A stretch of 64,000 bases of DNA. It comes from Octopus vulgaris. Its lineage: Eukaryota. The translations under genes and the position numbers were made by a program. The stretch lies in the NCBI GenBank assembly GCA_951406725.2, contig OX597818.1, positions 66,526,001-66,590,000 on the forward strand, given 5' to 3'. The notes under the pieces were generated by a model that had not been told where the DNA came from, searched no databases, and saw only the letters and a program-made list of their open reading frames with translations. This document shows, piece after piece, positions 1 to 10,000 of the stretch. Within the stretch, counting starts at the first letter, position 1, and every line of letters begins with the position of its first letter.

Positions 1-119
1 GAACTTCTTTCAGTTTCCGTCTACCAAATCCACTCTCGCAAGATGCCACGGAGTGAGACTGAACCCGGAACCATGTGGGTGCGGAGCAAGCTTCTTACCA
101 CACAGCCACTTCTACGCCT
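1..119 (-). mobile_element. SINE family A, 5' part (tRNA-like head), cut by window edge
   Basis: Reverse complement matches the head of the full copies at 42990, 55990 and 56682 (gtggctgtgtggtaag...catggttccgggttcagtc...gagtggatttggtagacggaaactgaaagaag). Confidence 0.85.
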
Positions 120-1666
120 ATATATATAGCAAATAAGTAACACTGATGTCCAGGTATCAGTATATCAGTGGTTTCAAGCGGCTCCTTGTAATAGGGTTTC
201 TGCAAATATTACCCTCCTCCCCGGAAGCATACTAGATGTTAGATCCCCCCACACAGGGTACTCCTTTATAATTTTTCTAGCAGATTAAAATAATTACATT
301 TCTTCTTTTTGTTAATATTGTAGGAGAATGACATTTAGAAAAAGATACCTAAAACTTACTGCAATTTAGAGTGGCAGAAGAAAATAACAGGTGTTAAGAA
401 AGAGGAATGGTGATATAGCTACATCCAACTTTATCCTTATCGCGTTCAAAAGACACAATCCAGCAAGCAGTCTACATTCACTTAGCGTTAAAACCATTGT
501 GCATTGATAGTTAAGTTCTTGTTGTTGGCGGTAAATGGGTGACTATAAAATCTGCCATATCTATATACAAGAATATGTCTAAGGGGATTGTAGGAAGGTA
601 ATGAAATACAGAAACGAGAAAGTAATCAGAAGGAGGAATAGCTTGGGTCGCTTAACACGATTATCATCTAAAAGGGGACAAAATGGGAAACAAAGGAGGT
701 CAGAATGTTATCCAATTGTGGGGATTAAGCGTACGACAAGATACATTTTCATCGAAGCTTAGCGGAATTTATATATTGAAACATTAAAATTTAGAATAGG
801 ATTTAATGACCAAGTAAGTGAAGTGGAATAGCTAAAGCAAAATAAGACATAAAAGTGGGGTACTTTTATATGAAATAGAAACCTCATATTCCTTTGTTTC
901 TTTCTAGCATAATGTTAAAGTGGTCCTGATAAAACTATTCAAAAATGAATTCAGTTATCATCCAAGTAGGGGTACACCTTTTCTACTGAATCAAAATCAA
1001 AGAATAAGGGCTAAAAATATAATATAAACATTTCTATAACAGATAAACTAATTTAAAAGCCTTGGAAAAATATATTCATATAAAAGATAACATTATAAAA
1101 AAAAAAACTGAAAGTTTAAAAAAATACCACATATATATAATAGAACACACATACACACACACGTATATATAGTGTAGTTATAAACTATAAATTCAAATAA
1201 AAAAATATAAATACAATATTGTAATGTTTTATAGCATGATTACTATAGTGAGAAGATACAAACTCCTACACAATCTATAGAGATTACACCAGTATTATAT
1301 GAGGGTTTAGAGATACACAACCAAAAAAAACACAATAATATGATATAAGATACAAGATATATAAGATATATTTATAAAATGTAAACTAGTAATAAAGATA
1401 GAAATACTATTTTTTCTAATGCCATAAAATATATACCGAATATAAAAAGGGATAAAATATAAAAAAATAAGCATAAATCAAGGTATACATAAAAAAAACT
1501 AATAAAAAATTAAATAAAAGGAGATAAATATACACTGGAAATGGTGTTATAAAACATTTTGTAAGATATAATATTACATACTCAGATATATGTAGAATCA
1601 TCACAGTTCCTAGGTGGTATATATCATACTTAAGGAAGGCGTAAGATCTGGGAATGCAGCTTAAAC

Positions 1667-2822
1667 ATCTTTTTTATATATCTAGTTTCAGCTCACGAGC
1701 TGTAGCCATGCTGGGGCACCGCCATTTGGTATTGCTACATAATTTTACTTCACGAATGCTTGTTAGAAATTGACATTTAGTGCATGAGGGCGTTTGATGC
1801 AGCTGTCCTCCTCTGCACTTCCCGCCGTGATGTTGGTTCATCTGGGACACTTGACAGTAAGAGGTCCAGTTTTATTTTGAAGACCTCTACATAAACTCCA
1901 TGCAGGTCTCTCAGGTCCTTCGGGATGACATTGGAGAACTGTGGACCTCTGAAGCCCAGGCTATTGCAATATCTTGTTCTACACCTTGATGGCAAATTGG
2001 CACTATGCAGTGGCGCCCAGTTCTTGTATTTGTGTAACTCTCGATGCCAAAGTTTGGGACAAGTCTTTCCAGGATCTTTCAGATGTATATTATGGCATAT
2101 CTTTCTCGCCTACGCTCTTAGGAATAGAGTCTTAATCTCCTGAGTCTCTCAATAGCTTATATGTGTAGCTTCGTTGGATTGCCTCAAGTTCTGAGATTCA
2201 TTTGACACTGGTTGGTGACCATAGTTGAGAGCAATAGTCAAAGTGGCTTAGGACAAGTGTCCTGCAGAGGATCATCATGGTTTCCTGATCCCTTGTTCTA
2301 AATGTTCTAAGAAGCCATCCGGTCGGCCGCCTGAATTTCCTTGTCAATTTAGCAACGTGCACTTGGAAGGATGCATCATTACTCATGTAAATGCCCAGGT
2401 CTCGCACTGACTGTGCTTCTGGGATTCCAATCCCTCCAGGTCCAGTGTAATTAATGGGTATAGCATTTAGTTTTGCATGCTGATAACACGTGGCTTGAAA
2501 CTTTTCTGCATTAAACTGCATGCTATTCTTTTCAGCCCACTTGTAAATTTCATCTAGCTCAGATTGCAGGTATATAATATTTTCATGGTTCTGTATTACC
2601 TGCAAGACGTTTGTATCATCTGCATAACTTGTTATCGTGGCTCTTTGTGTGGCTGGGGGCATGTCCGAGAGGCCATTATGAAGAGTAGTGGTCCCAAAAA
2701 GTGCCATGCGGAACACCGCTCACTATTTGCATGTCACTGGAGGTGGCCCCGTTGACTACTACCACCTGATTTCTTTCCATCAGAGAGCTATGAAGCCAAT
2801 CTCCCAATTGTCCAACCATGTC
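1667..2822 (-). mobile_element. 5'-truncated non-LTR retrotransposon (CR1/L2-group LINE): RT domain, C-terminus and 3' tail; frameshifted
   Basis: Minus-strand translation gives VVNG..SGVPHGT.GPLL, SYADDT, WAEKNSMQFNAEKF, VRDLGI, LVLSHFDYCSQLWSP and a C-terminal FKIKLD..L..VPDEP..AASNAL (ORFs 2198-2716 and 1777-1995). A terminal stem-loop lies at 1681-1723. Confidence 0.9.
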
Positions 2823-3240
2823 GAAATATGGTGGGGGAATTTTAAGAGGTCATAAGCCAACAAATTTTGGGATCTGATGATACACCATAAGGCAAAACAT
2901 TTCATGTATGGGACATCTAAGGTAATCCCGTAAATCAGCCTTCTCCATTTTAATATATACAGCTCTACATATTCGTGTGTGCTCTTGTTTTCGACTTATG
3001 TTTTTTTTACAAACGATATATATATAACAATGATAAATCTGAGAGCGAGTTATAAACAGTAACGGCAACACATCGTGACGTATATTTGCCATTTGAATAT
3101 GGCTAACCCCTAAGGGTGGATGCTACTGTAGTTTGTAGCCCCAGGAAGACACCTCCTCCAGCTGGCTATAGACACACTTTCTGTGCCCTATCAGTATTTG
3201 TGAAGGGAAGCCATCCTTCCCGTCTTCAACTTATGATACT

Positions 3241-3281
3241 CACGGACTCGAGTTTCAAGGTGTTGACCTATCATCGGCGTG
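3241..3281 (-). ncRNA. Minimal type I hammerhead ribozyme-like motif (U4C core variant)
   Basis: Minus strand reads CACG CCGATGA T AGGT caac ACCT T GAAA CTCGAG TC CGTG: stem I, stem II, palindromic stem III and a GUC cleavage triplet. Confidence 0.7.
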
Positions 3282-3531
3282 TGACAATCATAATTGTCGA
3301 CAAGAAGTATCTTCCTGGGGCTACAAACTACAGTAGCATCCACCCTTAGGGGTTAGCCATATTCAAATGGCAAATATACGTCACGATGTGTTGACGCTAC
3401 TGTTTATAACTCGCTCTGAGATTTAATCATTGTTTGATTTCACTTTTTCAATATCAGTGTCAATCGATACTGGAAAAAAGTATATGTATTTGTGAGGGGA
3501 ACTGACTTCTTGTCGACAGCTATGATTGTCA

Positions 3532-3572
3532 CACGCCGATGATAGGTCAATACCTCGAAATTCGAGTCCGTG
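3532..3572 (+). ncRNA. Minimal type I hammerhead ribozyme-like motif (second copy)
   Basis: CACG CCGATGA T AGGT caat ACCT C GAAA TTCGAG TC CGTG. Confidence 0.7.
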
Positions 3573-3737
3573 AGTATCATATGTTTAAGACGGGAAGGAT
3601 GGCTTCCCTTCACAAATACTGATAGGGCACAGAAAGTGTGTCTATAGCCAGCTGGAGGAGGTGTCTTCCTGGGGCTACAAACTACAGTAGCATCCACCCT
3701 TAGGGGTTAGCCATATTCAAATGGCAAATATACGTCA

Positions 3738-3782
<45 letters not shown>

Positions 3783-3824
3783 TATTTATTTATTTATTTA
3801 TATATATTTATTTATATATAAATC

Positions 3825-3958
3825 CAGACAGACGATACAAATAAATCAAGGACGGACATTCGGATTTTTCTATCCTCAGTCGAGTTCCAGATTATCTTTG
3901 CAATTTCGGCTGGTTATACTCAAGATTGCTCTAATCTGGCTAGGCCCAAGGAAAAAAT
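3825..3958 (-). repeat. Dispersed repeat fragment, second copy within 4460-4960; possible Penelope-type terminus
   Basis: About 130 bp highly similar to 4485-4616 (cattcggattt..ctatcctcagtcga..ccagattatctttgcaatttcggctggttatactcaag). Confidence 0.6.
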
Positions 3959-3989
3959 AAATAAATAAATGAATAAATACAAAATAAAA

Positions 3990-4068
<79 letters not shown>

Positions 4069-4249
4069 AATTTATAAATATAAATTAATAAGTTTTAATT
4101 TTTAACTTTAAATTTAAATAATTTAAATTTCGAGTTTTATATTTTATATATTTTGTATATTATATTAATTAATTTTATTTCTATGTTTTGGTTTATGTTC
4201 TTCACTGTTTGATTTGCCTAATAGTTGTTTATCTCTAATTTAATTTATA

Positions 4250-4308
<59 letters not shown>

Positions 4309-4310
<2 letters not shown>

Positions 4311-4441
4311 TCTTTTACTCTTTTACTTGTTTCAGTCATTTGACTGCGGCCATGCTAGAGCACCGCCTTTAGTCGAGCAAATCGACCCCGGGACTTATTC
4401 TTTTGTAAGCCCAGTACTTATTCTATCGGTCTCTTTTACCG
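4309..4441 (-). mobile_element. SINE family A, 3' tail fragment
   Basis: Reverse complement of gaccgatagaataagtactgggcttacaaaagaataagtcccggggtcgatttgctcgactaaaggcggtgctc..gcatggccgcagtcaaatgactgaaacaagtaaaagag. Confidence 0.9.
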
Positions 4442-4459
4442 ATATACATATATAATATC

Positions 4460-4960
4460 AAAATTGGAGAAGAACGCAAAACATCCGGACGGTCAATACA
4501 AGGGAATCAAGTACGATCATTCGGATTTGTCTATCCTCAGTCGATATCCAGATTATCTTTGCAATTTCGGCTGGTTATACTCAAGTTTGTTCTAATCTGG
4601 CCAGGTCCAAGGAAAATAAAAAGCTAAGAGCATTAGATTTCTTGGAATACAGCAGCAAATGTATACGAAAATAAGGACGGGAAAAAACACAGAAATGTTC
4701 CGTAAATACAAATGCAGTTAACAGGACATAACAGCAGGTGTCTTTCGACTAAGAATGAATTAAATTAAGCTGGCGTATGTAGAAGGAAGTCCATACGGCG
4801 GGGAAATAAGATTTAACAGCCACAGTGAGGAATATAGATGTTGCACGGATAGTAGTCGACCGAAGAATGAAACGTCAGACGTGGGCGAACACCAGTCACA
4901 TGGGGAGACAAGAGGGGGAGGTAGAAGCAGAGGGATAGGAGAATTAAGGAGGGGCGAGAA
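4460..4960 (-). repeat. Longer copy of the 3825-3958 repeat with a pyrimidine-rich minus strand; possible Penelope-type 3' region
   Basis: Internal similarity to 3825-3958, TA-rich flanks, and an architecture like 14954-15850. The family assignment is inference. Confidence 0.4.
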
Positions 4961-4999
4961 AAAATATATTCATATATATATATATATAAATTTTCTACA

Positions 5000-5260
5000 G
5001 ATATAACTACGTCTTAACGGATTAGAAATGATTTTGAATATATGCCAAACACTTTAATGAATATTATTGATAATATAAATATGAAATGTTTCAGGACGAT
5101 TAAAAATTTGCTTCTATGTGAATCAGCTACCATAGAATAAATGCATGAATAACTCCATTGTCAGGATTTGAATAATGTTCCTATTTACGAGCTTCTTTCC
5201 ACCGTTATGACCATTGAGTACTGTATACTATTGGACTGCACCTATGTATTTGTGGTCAAC
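5000..5260 (+). pseudogene. Highly decayed mariner transposase remnant
   Basis: QDLNNVPIYELLSTVMTIEYCILLD parallels mariner WD..G..YYELL....TI....YC.QLD. The DNA at 5162-5212 resembles the minus strand at 9560-9611. Confidence 0.5.
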
Positions 5261-6275
5261 CATTATTGTTTAGTTTACGTATCAGCTCGTTGTGTATATT
5301 AAAACCATCGTGGATTATATGTCATAAACATCTTATATCTGCAGATTTTCAAAACCAAGTCACATGAAGTAATATTTAGTACAAATTGGTTTCAGGTGTG
5401 CAATACGACGATAATAGCATAGGAAGAACTTGGAATGATATTCTACCAGCTGAGTCTCAGGCCACAGCTTCATAAATGATTCACTAAATGTAATTGTGGC
5501 AGATAAATGTGGCAATAAAGGACTAGCTGCATGCTTAACATCATACATTGTAATTGAAGAGGCAGGTGTTGAAAATTAAGGCAAACCAGATCATATTAAG
5601 TATCCGGTATTAACGCATCTACACAAACGCATCTGCGACAATCCAATTATGACGCACATGAAGTAAGTTACTAGCGCAAGATATATTTCTATTGATACTC
5701 ATCAAATCTGAATATTAGAGCAGAGCAAAATATAACTATAGTACAAATATCAATATACAGGATATCATTAAAGAAGTTTGTACATATTCTTCATGAAAAG
5801 CATTCACCAATTAATTTCCATTGAACTAATTACCAGTAATTTGTTCATGTAATTACGCTGAATAAATTACTTTAGAAGCACTATTTCACACAAGTCCCTA
5901 CGGTGCAATGATCGTGTTTTTTTTTCCAGTCTTCAATACAACAAAAAATAAATCTTCCTCAGTTTTCTCACTTAAAATATATAACAATTCCTAGGTTCCT
6001 CGCATGTTACTATCTGTGAATAAAGTGGTGTGGATACAAGTGTTGTGCAGTAATGTTCTCCACGTGTCCTTCTGATGGTGGATACTAAATTTATAGACTG
6101 GTGACACGAATGTAATTGTAAGGAAAATGTGGTGCACACTCCATATCTAAACGTCATCAGTCTTATATGCAAAAACGCACGTATATGTGTGTATTTGCTG
6201 AATATGTTCATATAAATACATATACATATATACAAGCATATATATCCCTAAGCACAAGTTTAGCTGTATATGTGC

Positions 6276-6450
6276 AAGCGTGGCTGTGTAGGCGCAGACG
6301 TGGCTGTGTAGGCGCAGGTGTGGCTGTGTAAGCGCAGGCGTAATTGTGTAAGCGAAGATGTGGCTGTGTAGGCACAGGCGTGACTGTGTAGGTGCAGGCG
6401 CAGTCGTGGTTGTGTAGGCGCTGGAATGGCTGTGTAAGCCAAGGGCAGGT
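6276..6450 (+). repeat. 20-bp minisatellite (about 8-9 units, gcgcaggcgtggctgtgtag) derived from the SINE A 5' end
   Basis: The unit matches the first ~20 nt of SINE A (ggcgcaggagtggctgtgt) and the array runs directly into the SINE body. Confidence 0.85.
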
Positions 6451-6835
6451 TTTGTGATTAGGAGCTTGCTCACGAAGCACACGACTCTGGGTTCAGTCCC
6501 ATAATGTGTCATATTTGGCAGGTGTCCATTACTCTAGCTTCGGACACACCAAAGTCTTGTGTGTAAATTTGGTAGACGGAAACTGAAAAAAGCCCTATAT
6601 AGAACTATGCTCATATATCTATGTGTTTGTACTTTTATATCTGTGTCTGTCCTTCCATCACCACTGGCCAACTGGCGTTGGTGTGTTTCTGTTCCCGTTA
6701 CTTAACAGTTCAGCCTAAGGAGCTGATAGAATTAGAACTATGCTTACAAATAATAAGTCCTGTGGTCGATTTGTTCGACTAAACCTCCTTAGGGTGGTGC
6801 TCCAGCATTGCCGCATTGAAATGACTGAGAGAAGT
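6440..6835 (+). mobile_element. SINE family A, full-length diverged copy
   Basis: Contains gggttcagtccca, ttggtagacggaaactgaaa and the tail ggtggtgctccagcattgccgcattgaaatgactga. Confidence 0.85.
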
Positions 6836-6857
6836 TTATATATATAGACACACACAT

Positions 6858-6908
<51 letters not shown>

Positions 6909-6920
6909 CATATATATATG

Positions 6921-7124
6921 TGTTTGTCTCCCCTTCGTATGTGTATATAAGGACACAGGATAAAATGTGTCGAAGCTGTCAGGAGGCGTTCGATGCCTCC
7001 TAGGGGCTAAATAACGGTGGTGTACCCCCTACTGTCACGTTCTTGTTAGATTGACAGTATACAACCATTATATCGCTCCACCACCGTACACCTCTCTACG
7101 AGAGATTTAGAAACTCAATATTTT

Positions 7125-7125
<1 letters not shown>
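6921..7125 (+). mobile_element. ~200-bp multi-hairpin element in (TA)n; related to 26231-26422 and to the 3' domain of the 354-bp unit
   Basis: Stems GACACA/TGTGTC, AGGAGGC/GCCTCCT, TACTGTCA/TGACAGTA, ACGGTGGTG/CACCACCGT and CTCTC/GAGAG; (TA)n on both sides. Confidence 0.75.
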
Positions 7126-7213
<88 letters not shown>

Positions 7214-7216
<3 letters not shown>

Positions 7217-7400
7217 AATAAAATAGAACATATGCATATATATAAACATATATGTACGTACCTACCTCTACATGTACATATACACGCATATATGTGTACA
7301 GGACACCAAAAAGACGTCGAACACATAGAGAGACGAAAAACATAGACACAAACCAAGGAACAGGACAAGCAAAAAAGAAAAAAAGAGAGATACAGGACAA
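7214..7400 (-). repeat. Near-identical copy of the 14953-15137 terminus
   Basis: gttaataaaatagaacatatgc...caggacacc..gacgtcgaacacatagagagacg...caggacaa at both loci, each following (TA)n. Confidence 0.85.
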
Positions 7401-7444
7401 TATATACATACATACATACATACATACATACATACATACATACA

Positions 7445-7480
<36 letters not shown>

Positions 7481-7489
7481 TCTATATAT

Positions 7490-7770
7490 ATGACGTAATA
7501 TTTTGTACCGATAAAAATACTGATGTTGAGTCACTATACATTAAGAAGAAAATTTGTTGCTGATATCGATTAGACTGCAACCGAAGATTATTTTTTATCT
7601 CTGGCGCCTTAGTTAATCTGCAATTTTGTCGATGGATCAAGCCAGCTCTGGCCATTGCATGACGTCACTACATTCACCATTTGACATTTCCTTCCCGGTA
7701 ATTTGTAGACAAATACATTGTATTGGGTTTTCCGTAAATTTCCTGCCGATTTTTAAAGAAACGGAAGGGG
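7490..7770 (+). pseudogene. Possible decayed Penelope-type RT fragment
   Basis: DKNTDVESLY resembles the Penelope RT motif DVESLYT, and downstream RQIHCIG resembles RQI.G.AMG. Heavily broken. Confidence 0.3.
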
Positions 7771-7789
7771 TCAAGAAATAATTGCCATT

Positions 7790-8970
7790 ACATTTTTAAT
7801 CAACAAAATATGAAGCATGTTGTTGCAAAATGCTTCTCCATCTTTCCTTTAACTTGAAAAACCCTCTTCCCAGACTTGTGGTGGTTTCATGGCAAAGAAT
7901 TCATCAAGGTATCTTTTTACGTCATTCAAGGAATTCAAATATTTACAGTTAAGTCTATTCTTTAGAGACCTGAATAAGTTAAAATCCGAAGGAGCAATAT
8001 CTGGTAAATATGGAGGGTAGGGTAACACATCCCAGCCGAGCTGCAGCAATTTTTGTCTGGTTCTCAAAAATACGTGCGGTCTTGCATTATCATTGTTGGC
8101 CAATTCTAGACGTTTCTCTTGAATTGCTGCTTTTAACTCGTCCAGTTACGTGCAGTATTTCTCAGAATTAATTATCTGGTTACTTGGGTGAAACTCTGGG
8201 TAGAGAATTTCTTTCCAATCCCGCCAGACACAAAGAAACACTTTTTTAGGGTGAAGACCCGCTTTTGGAGTGACTAAGGGTGGCTCATGTCGCTTACTCC
8301 AGGATCGCTTTCTCTGAACATTTTGGTAGATAATCCATTTCTCATCACCTGTCACAATTTGCTGTAAAAATAGCGCGTCTTCATTCCGTTTATAAAGCGA
8401 ATCACAAATGGATATGCGCTGCAAAAGGTTCTTCTCACTCAACTCATGTGCTCTTGAAAAGGTTCTTCTCACTCAAATCAAGTGCTCTTGAACGAAGGAT
8501 TTTGGTAGGTTGAGGCTTTCTGCCAATTCTCGGGTAGTGCAATGTGGTTAATTCTCAATTAATGACTTGATTTGGTGGTCATCTCTAGTGGATGGTCTGT
8601 CTGATTGCTTTTTAGCAATAAGGCTACAATCTACAGCTCGGAACCTTGCGAACCACTTCCGTACAGTTCTTTTGGATAAAGAAACATCACCGTAAACTGC
8701 GCATATCTCTTTGGTTGCTTGTGAGGCATTTTCCCTTTACGTAAAAAGAAAAGCATCAAGTGCCGAAAATGAACTTTCTTATCCTCCATTTTAAAGGGTG
8801 ACAGAATTAACACAATTTATTGGAACATAAAACTTCTTCCACGAAAAGATAGCTTAAACTGTGATTTAAATGGAGGTGTAGTCAAATCCTATTTTATGGA
8901 ATCAACCATGTTCTAAAATAAATCGAAATATAAGCTACTATAAATCGGCTCGAACTTTCCGTATCAATCA
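7790..8970 (-). mobile_element. Decayed mariner (DD34D) element
   Basis: MEDKKVHFRHLMLF (ATG at 8789), HELSEKNLLQRISIC, IVTGDEKWIIY, GLHPKKVFLCVW, DNARPHV, LGWDVLPYPPYLPDIAPSDFNLF. Several frameshifts. Confidence 0.93.
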
Positions 8971-9095
8971 CACAATATCTGTAAAGAATTAGGTCACACT
9001 TGTCATTGTGAAACAGGTTGTTTATGATGAAATCCTAGTTGATGTTATTCTTTACAAATTCACTGGAAGGACAAATTATTCGAGGTGAAAAGAGA

Positions 9096-10000
9096 TGTAC
9101 CCAAAATTTCTATTCGATTGTTTAAAGGAAAATATGCCACACATTTTAAAACAACATCGATTTATTCAATCAATGATATAAATACCATCTTGTTCCTATG
9201 CTTTTTGCCATCTTGTGTGGAGCTCCTTTATTCCCTGCTCAATGTATTTCTAGTGTTACTGGCTTTGAACTCATGCAGGTGAAGTTTTAGCGTCCTGATC
9301 AGATTTGAAAATCTTACCATTCAATAAGTTTAAAACACCGAAACAAGTTGAAATCTGAAGGCACGCCTATAGAGAGTGTGGCTAAGCTTCCCAGCGAAGA
9401 CTCGATAACTCGCACTGCGTCTGCTAAACATGTGCCCTCAAGTATTTTTCTGATGATAGGCAATGCCTTTATTATTATATTAGCAATTGGTGGTGGATGC
9501 TTCTTGAAGATCACAGTGTTTAATATATCCAGATGCCCTGAGAATACACCTGAATTATTAGCCATAACCATGGAAAGAAGCTCGTACACATTAACATTAA
9601 TAAAATCCTGCTAAATTAAAAGCATAAACTTTTGGGGACGAAGTCCTTCTTTGGAGTATAAATACAACGAGCTAATATCTGTGTATGCGCTCGGGTTTTA
9701 AGATCTAAATAACAATCGGGTTTCATTCAAATTGATCTTTCTAAGAAGTGGAACGAAGGTAGACCACGTTCGAAAATGCAAATCATTATGCAGTCTATAT
9801 TGGACAAAACCTAAGTAATTTCTAGGACTCTGAGTCTTGATCCAGTTAGTTTAGGAATCAAAAACATCAAGCTCCAAGATACAATCTTTTCTCTTTTCTT
9901 CGGCAAATTTCTATAATTCCCACATGATATTATAGCGTTTAAACTACTTTCTTTCATCCAAGCTGTCAATGAAGGCAAAGATTATGAGAGTAATAATATG
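9096..10000 (-). mobile_element. Older, heavily decayed mariner element
   Basis: Across frames: KEGLRPQKFMLLI*QDF..VYELL, LDILNTVIFKKHP, RAHV, LRWEA*PH, PSDFNLFRCF, LNGKIFKSDQD and YIEQGIKELHTRWQKA*EQDGIYIID*, in mariner motif order. Confidence 0.8.

Larger units (their letters stand above)
3031..3741. mobile_element. 354-bp hammerhead-containing unit: inverted copy (3031-3308) plus head-to-tail partial dimer (3309-3741); retrozyme or Penelope pLTR-like
   Basis: 3071-3308 is a near-perfect reverse complement of 3505-3741, and 3031-3149 of 3310-3430. tcttcctggggctac recurs at 3310 and 3664 (period 354). Both outer ends abut (TA)n. Confidence 0.75.

Noticed and set aside
120-960. Possible very old Penelope RT/GIY-YIG remnant on the minus strand (similar hints at 18800-19300)
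   Set aside because: Only scattered 3-4 residue resemblances; not supportable without a profile search.
3601-3645. Second hammerhead at ctgatagggcacagaaag
   Set aside because: The core is CUGAUAG and the GAAA lies in the loop of the GGCACA/TGTGTC hairpin, so the hammerhead topology cannot form.
3116-3697. Paired 77/85-aa ORFs MDATVVCSPRK.. on opposite strands
   Set aside because: They duplicate only because of the inverted repeat, begin at GTG and have no recognisable domain.
5360-5580. 62-aa minus ORF and a plus-strand acceptor-led segment (VQYDDNSIGRTWNDILPAESQATAS*)
   Set aside because: No recognisable homology or partner exon.
6276-6450. CRISPR-like regular repeats
   Set aside because: Contiguous tandem units without unique spacers, no cas genes, eukaryotic context.
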